64,000 bases of DNA from an uncultured Sulfolobales archaeon (GTDB lineage Archaea; Thermoproteota; Thermoprotei_A; Sulfolobales; NBVN01): the NCBI GenBank assembly GCA_938045815.1, contig CALIBI010000007.1, positions 19,864-83,863 on the forward strand, written 5' to 3'. Made by a program: the position numbers and the translations under genes. Shown here piece by piece: positions 1-8,449 of this stretch (position 1 is the stretch's first letter; each line of letters begins with the position of its first letter). The notes below the pieces were generated by a model. It ran no database searches. It saw only the letters and a program-made list of their open reading frames with translations, and was not told the DNA's origin.

Positions 1-818
1 AAAGCTTCTATATAACCCTTAGTTAGCTTTGAGGACAGTCTCGATAAGTAATTCCTAAGTAAAACGTACGCTAATATTATCGACACTAACAAAGTAACGA
101 ATGATATAGGCAATGCTCTACGGAGAAATTCACTCACAGTTAATTGAGCTCTGAAAAACACGTATATCCCTATAGGATTACCTACCGGTAGTCCCATACT
201 GCCGGTATTAGTAGCTATGATAGCGAGCATTATTAGAGGTCTCACATCATATCTTGTTATTTTTCTTATGTCGAGAATTAACATGATAACGTAAACTATG
301 CTAGTTACTTCATCTATTACTAGAGACAAAAACCAAGCAAAGAAAGACAAGTATACTAGTAGTAGGTAAGGCGAGCCCTCACTTAAACTTAACATATTAA
401 TTGCTATATACTCGAATACTCTTAGCTTACGTAGTATGTAAGCGAAAGTCATGCTACCTATTAAGAAGAGAATTAGCCTCCATTCAATACCAGATATGAG
501 TTCTTGAGGAGGAACCACACCAGCAAAGATCAGTAAGACTACCGAAAGGAGAACAGCAAAATACCGCAACTTTACAGAAATTATTGTGAGACTCACTACT
601 AGCAAGAAAAGACCAAGTGATAAGACCTGATAATAGATACTGCTTGAGGAATTCAGCATCTCCTCACATGCAGTTAAAGTATAATTACCTCTTACACTAC
701 ACCAGAACCTAATTACTTCTTCTCCTAAGAAGGTGTGAGGTATTGATATTCTCATAAGTACGTACGAGAAGAGAAATAAACCAATAATAAGTATAAGCAC
801 CTTAAAAGAGAGCCTCAT
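1..818 (-). CDS. ArsB/NhaD-superfamily (CitMHS-like) ion permease, C-terminal part cut by left window edge
   Basis: Own minus-strand translation from ATG 818 (alt. ATG 659), open to base 1: MRLSFKVLILIIGLFLF...MLNSSSSIYYQVLSLGLFLLVV...IIATNTGSMGLPVGNPIGIYVFF. Multi-TM; the TNxGSxxxPxGNP loop is typical of this superfamily. Absent from the supplied track because it is truncated. Confidence 0.55.
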   Translation of the reverse strand, partial: MRLSFKVLILIIGLFLFSYVLMRISIPHTFLGEEVIRFWCSVRGNYTLTACEEMLNSSSSIYYQVLSLGLFLLVVSLTIISVKLRYFAVLLSVVLLIFAGVVPPQELISGIEWRLILFLIGSMTFAYILRKLRVFEYIAINMLSLSEGSPYLLLVYLSFFAWFLSLVIDEVTSIVYVIMLILDIRKITRYDVRPLIMLAIIATNTGSMGLPVGNPIGIYVFFRAQLTVSEFLRRALPISFVTLLVSIILAYVLLRNYLSRLSSKLTKGYIEA

Positions 819-841
819 TAAAGACACCACAGTATTCTGGT

Positions 842-1351
842 TTACTTAGGTGGAGGCCATCTCCTATCAAAATATATGTTTTTAGACGTAGCTGAGAGAG
901 GTACTCCGAAAGCATAGTCAGCTTTAATTAGACCTAATTCTTGCGCGGCTACACCAACTGTAAACATTACTCTATTATCTACGTTGTGTAGTGATGATGT
1001 TTTAACAGCTGATCCTATTGCTATACCTAAGTTTACTAGGGAACATACTACGTTAGCATCAATCCCCCAATTCCTGGGGTTCTTGAGTCCTAGATCCACT
1101 ATCTTACTACCTATTAACACTACCGCAATACTGTTTCTCACGTTCTGAGAGTCTCTAAGGAAGAAATCACCAAATTCTTTCGAGAGTTCTTCCATTTTGC
1201 TAGCTAGTAACTCGAGTTCTTCCCTAGTATCAAGAATCTTAACCTCAATGTTATCTACGCCTCTAGCCTTTGGAGCTGTTCTAGCAGAGAGTGCCATCAT
1301 CTTGGCAACCTCGAGAACGCTTTCTCTTAAGGCCTCCTCAAACCCCATCAT
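842..1351 (-). CDS. DUF2148-family protein (function unknown)
   Basis: 169 aa. Blocks ARTAPKARGVDN, FLRDSQNV..AVVLIG, LGIAIGSAV, DNRVMFTVG and GVPLS..KNIYFDR match my recollection of DUF2148. Confidence 0.6.
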   Translation of the reverse strand: MMGFEEALRESVLEVAKMMALSARTAPKARGVDNIEVKILDTREELELLASKMEELSKEFGDFFLRDSQNVRNSIAVVLIGSKIVDLGLKNPRNWGIDANVVCSLVNLGIAIGSAVKTSSLHNVDNRVMFTVGVAAQELGLIKADYAFGVPLSATSKNIYFDRRWPPPK

Positions 1352-1532
1352 TTGATCACACCGTATCTAGTTCGATAATCATATTTTAAATTATTTAATC
1401 TATACTTAGTCAGTATCTTCGTAGTAGTTACGTATTGTTTTCGCTTCTCTTATCTTAACTAGAGTAGTAACTAACTATTGTAAGTTAAAAAGATTCCTTA
1501 CTATTTCTCTTACGGGGTCTTGATTTAAGGCT

Positions 1533-2561
1533 ATGATTGAAGGTAGATTATACCAATCGTGTGTTGACCGAGAATCTATCATATGCTTAGTGTGCGAGAG
1601 AAGATGTTTGTTAAGAAAAAATATGAGAGGTCTTTGCGGGAATTACGTTAACGTAAACGGCAAACTATACTCGATAGGTTATGGGAGATTAAGCGCTGTT
1701 GAGAGCAGACCTATAGAAATAAAACCTTTCTTTCATTACTGGCCTAATAGTACAGCACTAACGTTTTCCGGTCTTGGATGTAATTTCTACTGTCCTTGGT
1801 GCCAGAATTACTTCCTGAGTTTCAGACATCCTAGTGACGAACCCCTAATAGAGCCTTCATACTTAGTTAGATTAGCTAAATCTTTAGGTGATGAGGGGCT
1901 CTCAGCAAGTTTTAATGAACCTACGATTAATTACGAATACTTACTAGATGTTGCTGCGCTAGCTAGGCGTGAAGGACTCTACTTAACCATAGTATCTAAC
2001 GGCTACCAGACCCCTGAAGCCCTGAAAGAATTAGTGGAAGCCGGGTTTGATGGTTGGAGCATAGACATAAAAGGATGTCCTAACATGAAGAGAGCACTGC
2101 CTAACATAGATCACGGCAAGATCTTCAGGAACGCGAAACTAGTTCTTAATACTGGAGGGCATGTAGAGATGGTTTACTTAGTAGTAACTAGGACTAACGA
2201 TAGTGATGAATGTGTGGAATGGATTATAAACAAGCATATAAGTGAGTTAGGGTTCTATACCCCTCTACACGTGAATAGATACTACCCAGCACATAGATGG
2301 AAAGAAGAACAAACCCCCTTAAAGAAGCTTCTAGAGATACGTGATAAAGCTAGGAAAGAAGGGATAGAGTACGTGTACGTAGGTAACACCGGAATCCCCG
2401 AACTTGAGGCAACTAAATGCCCTAAATGCGGCAAAACCCTCATAACACGCTACAACTACAGAGTAATTGAGTTTAAACTACTGAGGAACGGAGATATTTA
2501 TAAGTGTCCTCGATGTGGTACCCGAATACCGATTAAAGGTAACTACATAGCAGGTAAATAG
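1533..2561 (+). CDS. AmmeMemoRadiSam-type radical SAM enzyme (PflA-like activase fold)
   Basis: 342 aa. Radical-SAM CX3CX2C in GCNFYCPWC, N-terminal Cys cluster CLVCERRC..C, C-terminal zinc ribbon CPKCG...CPRCG. Confidence 0.75.
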   Translation: MIEGRLYQSCVDRESIICLVCERRCLLRKNMRGLCGNYVNVNGKLYSIGYGRLSAVESRPIEIKPFFHYWPNSTALTFSGLGCNFYCPWCQNYFLSFRHPSDEPLIEPSYLVRLAKSLGDEGLSASFNEPTINYEYLLDVAALARREGLYLTIVSNGYQTPEALKELVEAGFDGWSIDIKGCPNMKRALPNIDHGKIFRNAKLVLNTGGHVEMVYLVVTRTNDSDECVEWIINKHISELGFYTPLHVNRYYPAHRWKEEQTPLKKLLEIRDKARKEGIEYVYVGNTGIPELEATKCPKCGKTLITRYNYRVIEFKLLRNGDIYKCPRCGTRIPIKGNYIAGK

Positions 2562-2718
2562 CGGGTGTAGTTCTCCTAACGTAATATAAGATTAGTAGCT
2601 GTTATTTAGATAAGGTGGTGAAGAAGTAATTGATGTAGTAGTTTTAGATAAGAGATTTTCTTTCGGATCAGCCCCAACCAATACCGAGCTTGGAAGACTG
2701 AGTAAGGAGTATACGCAT

Positions 2719-3591
2719 GTGGTTGCTCTAACGTATCCTCACGAAGTTAAGTATGATGTAAATTCGTTAAAAAACTTTGGTGTCGAGGTGTTAGAAGTTC
2801 CAGTTCCTGACTTCAGGTCTCCGCCATTACTAGACTTAATACTTATAGTTGAGTGGATTTTAGACAAGATTAGCTCAGGAGGTAGAGTATATGTTCACTG
2901 TGTTGGAGGTTACGGGAGATCCGCGACAGCAGCCGCCGCATACCTTATTCGCAAGTATGGAAAAGACTGGTTAGAATCTGTTGATCGGGTAAGGAAACTT
3001 AGGAAGGGGTCTCTAGAGTCTGTTGAGCAACTCTCTGTGTTGAAGGCCTACGACACCTTACTAAGGTTTTTGGGTCCCGCTGAATTTCTGAATTCACTTG
3101 AATGCTCAGATAAACAAATTAGAAACCATGTATCGAAGATACTGCAAGTAGCTCTCAAAAATTCTGACGTCATAGCGTCACTCGCTAAGATACCTCAGAA
3201 CGTACTTATTCAGGAATTACTAAATAATGTTAATAATTACCTTAATTCTCGGAAACTAGGGTGTGTTTTTACGAGACTCCCGATATTGAGTAACGTAAGC
3301 TTATCTATGAGTTATGAGTTAGTGAGTCTAATCAAAATATATGCTGAGTTATCCATAGCTGTTGATGAGTTAAGAAACCAGTGTGTTGAGGATCTAGAGA
3401 TAGATGTCAGAGAAAACAATTTAGTTGAAGCAGTGCTTTACTGTAGTACTGACTCTATTTCTTCATGCGGCTTGATTAAAGAGCGTGTAGAGAGCTTACT
3501 TTCTAGAATGTGTGAGATGCTTAACTGCAGAGTTAAGACCGTAAAAATAGACTTCCCGAATATCCTACCGAGATCCCTTGAACTAAGGTGA
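2719..3591 (+). CDS. Dual-specificity/tyrosine protein phosphatase (CX5R) with unassigned ~150-aa C-terminal domain; 5' end uncertain
   Basis: P-loop VHCVGGYGRS. The track starts at GTG 2719, but the frame stays open back to 2614 and encodes a conserved-looking N-terminus (see finding). Confidence 0.75.
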   Translation: MVALTYPHEVKYDVNSLKNFGVEVLEVPVPDFRSPPLLDLILIVEWILDKISSGGRVYVHCVGGYGRSATAAAAYLIRKYGKDWLESVDRVRKLRKGSLESVEQLSVLKAYDTLLRFLGPAEFLNSLECSDKQIRNHVSKILQVALKNSDVIASLAKIPQNVLIQELLNNVNNYLNSRKLGCVFTRLPILSNVSLSMSYELVSLIKIYAELSIAVDELRNQCVEDLEIDVRENNLVEAVLYCSTDSISSCGLIKERVESLLSRMCEMLNCRVKTVKIDFPNILPRSLELR

Positions 3592-5019
3592 GTATTTTCT
3601 AAGACCTTCAGCTCCGTTAATGAATGAGTACGCTCTAAATCCTTTCTGACGCATTTTTAAAGCCTCAACATAGCTTCTATTTCCTTTATCACAATATAGA
3701 ACTAAAGTCTTATCTTTTAATTCTTCTAAGTTGACCTCTTCGTGATGTAGAGCTCCCGGATAATGCCACTCAAGATACGCGTCTAAATCGCGAAGATCTA
3801 TTACTACCGAGTTCTCAGGTATGTGATCAATAACAACAGTCTTATCAGGTATTACGTCATCAAGACTGGAAGTCCTAACCTCAAGAATCTTGAGCGTGCT
3901 CAGTATCTTGGTTATTAGGTCTTCAGGAATTTTCGTGAATTCATCACGTAATTCCTCAACAGACATCTTAGTTCTGACACGTGAGGGAGCTATTGAACAA
4001 GGCTCACCCACCATAGATGATATCTCGTAAGTACCTATCCTCCTAGCAAGGATTATTATCTCTTCTTTATCGAGACCTATGAGTGGTCTCAGGACGGGGA
4101 GCTGTAAGCCAGACACTACATGAGCAGCGCTCAAGTTAGCTAGTGTCTGACTTGATGTCTGACCGATAGACTCACCCGTTATTACGGCGTCATAACTCCT
4201 TGTAGCTATTTTAGACGCTAGATAATACATTAACGTTTTCAGAACTACCTGCCTAAACTCACACTTCACGTTGGTTTTGATGTAGTCTAGTGCTTGTGTT
4301 AAGTCGATTACGTAGAATCTTGGGTTATGGCCGTAGAACCAGTTATAGGTGAGTGTCTTAGCTACTGTGAAAGCTAGGCGAGTTGCGCTGGGAGAACCCA
4401 TAAAGAAGTGAAGAAAATCGATTCTAACCCCCCTCTTAGCAGCGAGCCACGCAGCAACAGGTGAATCCATCCCACCAGAAAACAATGAGAGCGCACGCCC
4501 TTCAGTACCTATGGGTAGACCTCCTACCCCAGCAATCAATTTCTTGTAGAAGTATGCTGTGGGACCCCTAATCTCCACGTGAATCTCGACTTCAGGATTT
4601 TCGAGATCAACTCCTGCTGAGTAAGGTTTCAGGAAAGCACCTAATTCCCTAGCCACATCAAGTGATGTAAACTCATGAGTACCGAATCTCTTAACTCTAA
4701 CAGCAAACTTCTTATTAGTAACTAGGCCTATTGCTTTTTCACCAACCTTACTAACTAGGTCTTTTAAGTCACTAAAGTTTATTAAATCAACCTCACCTAT
4801 CTTCATCACACCGAAAACTTTACTCAGGTCTTCTAATACGTCTATATTAGACTCCAGGAATATTTTAGCGTTGATGATTTTGAAACTATAGTTGGTAGAA
4901 CCATACTCTCGAAGAACCTCGCTTATGTTCTTAATTAAGACTCTATAGAATTTTGGTCTACTACGCCAAGACTTAATAGGGAGTTCCCCGGAAACAGTTA
5001 TTAAGTATTTGTATGTCAC
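3583..5019 (-). CDS. thiI: tRNA 4-thiouridine synthase ThiI with C-terminal rhodanese domain
   Basis: 478 aa, GTG start. THUMP-type N-terminus, PP-loop SGGMDS, rhodanese active-site loop YCDKGNRS. Convergent 9-nt overlap with the phosphatase gene. Confidence 0.85.
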   Translation of the reverse strand: MTYKYLITVSGELPIKSWRSRPKFYRVLIKNISEVLREYGSTNYSFKIINAKIFLESNIDVLEDLSKVFGVMKIGEVDLINFSDLKDLVSKVGEKAIGLVTNKKFAVRVKRFGTHEFTSLDVARELGAFLKPYSAGVDLENPEVEIHVEIRGPTAYFYKKLIAGVGGLPIGTEGRALSLFSGGMDSPVAAWLAAKRGVRIDFLHFFMGSPSATRLAFTVAKTLTYNWFYGHNPRFYVIDLTQALDYIKTNVKCEFRQVVLKTLMYYLASKIATRSYDAVITGESIGQTSSQTLANLSAAHVVSGLQLPVLRPLIGLDKEEIIILARRIGTYEISSMVGEPCSIAPSRVRTKMSVEELRDEFTKIPEDLITKILSTLKILEVRTSSLDDVIPDKTVVIDHIPENSVVIDLRDLDAYLEWHYPGALHHEEVNLEELKDKTLVLYCDKGNRSYVEALKMRQKGFRAYSFINGAEGLRKYSP

Positions 5020-5046
5020 TTGTTTTATTCCCGACTAAGTAGTAGA

Positions 5047-5973
5047 TTAAACACCTAAAACTTCTTTAAGTAGTGCTGCTCTGACATACATGCCGTTCTG
5101 AGCTTGCTCAAAATACTTAGCTTGCGGTAACGCGTCAACGTCAGTCGTTATTTCCCATACTCTAGGCAGGGGATGCATTATTATCGGGATCTTCCTATGT
5201 TTTTCTAGTAAGTTTCTCGTGATTACGTAAGAGCCCTTAAGTCTCTCGTACTCTTGCGGGTCTTCAAACCTCTCTTTCTGTAGTCTAGTAACGTAGAGTA
5301 CATCGAGCTTCTCCATCACTTCCTCAACGTTCTCGACTAAGTAGTAGTTAAGCTTCCCCTCAATCTTCTTAGTTATTTCTTCCCTAACCTGAAGTTGTTT
5401 CGGTGCTATGTAGTAAATCGTTATGTCGTTAAATCTTGTAAGCATGTAGGAGAGTGATGGTATTGTTCTACCGTACTTTAAGTCCCCCATGATCCCTACG
5501 GTAAGACCGTCCACCCTACCGAATTCTCTCCATATAGTGTAGACGTCGAGCAACGCTTGCGTTGGGTGCTCGTTTGTTCCATCACCACCGCTTATTATTG
5601 GAGCTTTAACGAAGTCTTTGACATTATGCGGGAAGAAGGGTTTGCTATGTCTTATTATTATGACGTCAGGTCCGTAACCATCTAGTATCCGCATAGTGTC
5701 TTCTTCGGTCTCTCCTTTCCTGAGGCTAGAGACTTCCTCTATAAAGTCTATCACTAATCCTCCTAACCTAGTCATAGCGAACTGAAAACTTATTTTGGTT
5801 CTCGTGCTAGGCTCAAAGAATGCTGTAATCATTACCTTACCTCTAGCGTAGTCTAAGGTACCCTTACTATCTATTTCTTTCCTAAGTTCCTCCGCAAGCT
5901 CGAATAACCTGAAAAGATCACTCCTCTCGAAATCGAAAGCTGAAACTATGTCCTTTCCTCTCAAGGAACTCAT
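5047..5973 (-). CDS. pyrB: Aspartate carbamoyltransferase catalytic subunit
   Basis: 308 aa. STRTK, HPTQALLD and the ATCase-type HPLPR motifs. Confidence 0.9.
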   Translation of the reverse strand: MSSLRGKDIVSAFDFERSDLFRLFELAEELRKEIDSKGTLDYARGKVMITAFFEPSTRTKISFQFAMTRLGGLVIDFIEEVSSLRKGETEEDTMRILDGYGPDVIIIRHSKPFFPHNVKDFVKAPIISGGDGTNEHPTQALLDVYTIWREFGRVDGLTVGIMGDLKYGRTIPSLSYMLTRFNDITIYYIAPKQLQVREEITKKIEGKLNYYLVENVEEVMEKLDVLYVTRLQKERFEDPQEYERLKGSYVITRNLLEKHRKIPIIMHPLPRVWEITTDVDALPQAKYFEQAQNGMYVRAALLKEVLGV

Positions 5974-6204
5974 GACTCACCACACATAGATCTTGGTTCA
6001 GAATTAAATAACCTTTACTAAACCGTTACTTAACCAAATCCTCAAACCCTAAATATTCTGACTAGTCATTGGAAAGATGTCACGACTGAAGAATGACCTT
6101 TCAGGCAGCTTTAGAACCCTACAGAGAAGTTCAGTGATTTTCACAGCGATGTGTTGGGTGAGGCTGGGTGAAAGCCTTAGATTTATAAGATTATTACGAC
6201 TACA

Positions 6205-6708
6205 ATGGTGTTATTAATGATTCTTGAGAAAGCCATCGCCAAGCTCTTCAGGATGAATGAGAAGAAGTTCAAGAAGCACTCGAACCTATGGAGCAGGTGT
6301 ACCCGCCTTCCTCTCCTAGTGCCACTCACACCTGCTGTGTGAAGCAGAGCTTGAATAGGATGGCGGGCAGTAGTTCTTGTGGCAGTAGTCCTCACGTGGG
6401 TGTGGGTCAATCCCTACATCTTCCCGGAACCTAAGAAGATTGATACATGGTTCTTTAGAAGAGTTCTTGGCGAGTGGGTGTGGATTAAACGAGACAAATG
6501 AAATACCTAAACACCATCGCAGAACACCAAAGATCTTGAGGACAGTCACGGCAGTCAGGATCGCGCCGTACATGTGGGTCTCGTGTTTTTAGATCCTTGG
6601 CCCACAATATCGGCTGGTTCTGATGGTCCTTGGTAAGCTCTAGTTCGTTGATAGGATGGTATGACTCTACGAAGACGTGAAAGATAAAGTGCAGTTTTGA
6701 ATCCCTTG
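6205..6708 (+). pseudogene. Multi-frameshift relic of a small membrane protein (resembles the family I recall as DUF6653)
   Basis: Own translation gives consecutive fragments in shifting frames: LEKAIAKLFRMNEKKFKKHSNLWSRCTRLPLLVPLTPAV* / WRAVVLVAVVLTWVWVNPYIFPEPKKIDTWFFRRVLGEWVWIKRDK* / IPKHHRRTPKILRTVTAVRIAPYMWVSCF* / ILGPQYRLVLMVLGKL* / FVDRMV* / LYEDVKDKVQF*. Visibly GC-richer than the flanks. Confidence 0.6.
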
Positions 6709-7018
6709 AAAATCTAAATAAAGCTTAGGTATTATTACGTAGCCGTGTGCAGTGATCTTAGTGAGTGTCGTGACGGATGGGTTGGTAGGGAGGGGCTTAT
6801 TTAGAAGAGCTTTAACGTTAGGAGGTTAGAGATCCACCTACTCTTCAAGATTCCGCGGGATTTCGACATCCTCACTCAGCCACCACTTAATATATGCCTG
6901 AAGATCTTCAGGCCTGAGACGTAGGTACATCCACCTATCAGGAGTTGCTGTAACGCCCGGACAAGAAGAAGTTAAGGGGATTGAGGACGTGAAAGGCCCT
7001 AACCAGGGGGTATTCTGT

Positions 7019-8332
7019 CTAAGGTATGTGGAAGTACTTCGTGTAGGATATGTAGTAGCCGGCAACTATGGCTGTCCCTATCACTCCGGCAACATTTGGT
7101 GCTAACGCGTGAAAGAGCACGTAGGTGGATGGGTCTACTGACTGAGCTTCTCTTTGAGCTACTCTAGCGGATATGGGTACGGCGGAAACACCTGCACAAC
7201 CTATAACAGGGTTTACTTTACCTTTAGTTACTATGTTGAGTAACCACGCAAAAGCTATACCACCAACCGTGGATACCGCGAAAGCTACTAAACCGAGACC
7301 GAGAATAATGAATGCCTTACCTATGAAGGCTAAGTACGCTTCAGCTGTCTGAACCTCCACGAATTGACCTAAGAAATCGTAGGAGAGAGTTGACCCGACA
7401 CCAATCATTGTTAATATGGTTGCTGTGTCTAGGAGGGGGTCTGCTATAGTCTTACCATACCTTGCAACAACCTCGCTAATTCCTGATTCCTTCACGATAT
7501 TACCTAGAGCTAGAGCAGCTACTAGAGGTAACGCTGCCGGCACTAAGAACGTAATTACTAGGAGCACTATGATCCAGAAAATTATTATCTCGTTTGAAGA
7601 CACTTCCCTAGGCTTAGGCATCTTCAGGCCTCTAACTCTACGAGGTACGAGTGCTCTAACTATGGGTGGCTGTATTATGGGTACTAAAGCTATGTAGCTG
7701 TAAACAGCTATGGTTAGGGGTCCTATAAGGTTGGGAGCTATGTTTGTTGCAGTGTATATGGTTGTTGGGCCGTCAGCACCACCCACGACACCGATAGCCA
7801 TAGATTCCGGTAACGTGAAAAGACCTGTAGTCAGAGCTATTAAGGTCACTACAGTAATACCTAACTGTGCAGCTGAACCTATTAAAGCACCTACTGGGTA
7901 GGAGAGCAAAGGTCTAAAATCCGACAGAGCTCCTATACCAACGAAGATGAGTATAGGTCCTATCTCCGTTCTAATGATCAGGTGGTAAATCCACGCTAGA
8001 AGAGCTGTTGATTCGGGCGCGCAAACCCTAATCACGGAACCCGCACTCGTTGAGATATTGAATACTTGAACTAGTCCTGAAAAACTGCTTAAGCCGCTAC
8101 TCACGAACTCGTCAGTTGTGAAAGATTCACACACGTACTTAGCTAAATGTAGGGCTGGGGCGTTAGCTAGGATCATTCCAATACCTAGTGGAATCATTAG
8201 TAGGGGCTCCACTTTCTTAAGACCTAAAATAAGTAGGACAAACCCCCACACCATGAATAACAATCTAATAAAGAGCTCTACAGGGTTTCCTAACTGAAGA
8301 CCTGGCAGGATGAGTGAGAGATCTATGCTCAT
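7019..8332 (-). CDS. Na+-translocating decarboxylase beta subunit (OadB/MmdB/GcdB family)
   Basis: 437 aa, polytopic. Colinear blocks as in Klebsiella OadB: KKVEPLLMIPLGIG, GGADGPT, YSYIALVPIIQPP, GCAGVSAVP, APNVAGVIG. Confidence 0.88.
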   Translation of the reverse strand: MSIDLSLILPGLQLGNPVELFIRLLFMVWGFVLLILGLKKVEPLLMIPLGIGMILANAPALHLAKYVCESFTTDEFVSSGLSSFSGLVQVFNISTSAGSVIRVCAPESTALLAWIYHLIIRTEIGPILIFVGIGALSDFRPLLSYPVGALIGSAAQLGITVVTLIALTTGLFTLPESMAIGVVGGADGPTTIYTATNIAPNLIGPLTIAVYSYIALVPIIQPPIVRALVPRRVRGLKMPKPREVSSNEIIIFWIIVLLVITFLVPAALPLVAALALGNIVKESGISEVVARYGKTIADPLLDTATILTMIGVGSTLSYDFLGQFVEVQTAEAYLAFIGKAFIILGLGLVAFAVSTVGGIAFAWLLNIVTKGKVNPVIGCAGVSAVPISARVAQREAQSVDPSTYVLFHALAPNVAGVIGTAIVAGYYISYTKYFHIP

Positions 8333-8449
8333 ATCGCCTCACTATGTAGAAGTTAATGTTAAGCTTATAAAAACGTAGGTTCTTATACGGGACAAGAGTT
8401 GAAGACTCTTCTACGTGTGATAAGCTATCTTAGTAATAGTCCTCTATAC

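Noticed and set aside
5020-5046. Expected pyrI regulatory-subunit gene downstream of pyrB
   Set aside because: It is not present, since thiI follows after 27 nt. The absence from the window is real but uninformative without the rest of the genome.
6183-6573. Track ORFs 6183-6410 and 6316-6573 (-) as real genes
   Set aside because: They are antisense to the plus-strand pseudogene fragments, Arg/Thr/His-rich, and lack any recognisable fold.
6896-6913. Perfect 18-bp palindrome GCCTGAAGATCTTCAGGC downstream of the OadB-like gene
   Set aside because: It lies within a coding-looking fragment (RPEDLQA). Roughly 0.2 such palindromes are expected per window by chance. There is no T-tract to suggest an archaeal terminator.
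6838-7065. Track ORF 6838-7065 (-) as an intact 75-aa gene
   Set aside because: Its N-terminal half is low-complexity and overlaps the OadB-like 3' end. Only the last ~38 residues look protein-like, so it is treated as a gene fragment within the decayed region.
7416-7901. Track ORFs 7416-7697 and 7710-7901 (+)
   Set aside because: They lie entirely antisense to the strongly supported OadB-like gene. Their low-complexity Ala/Thr/Gly/Arg-rich translations are typical of shadow frames.
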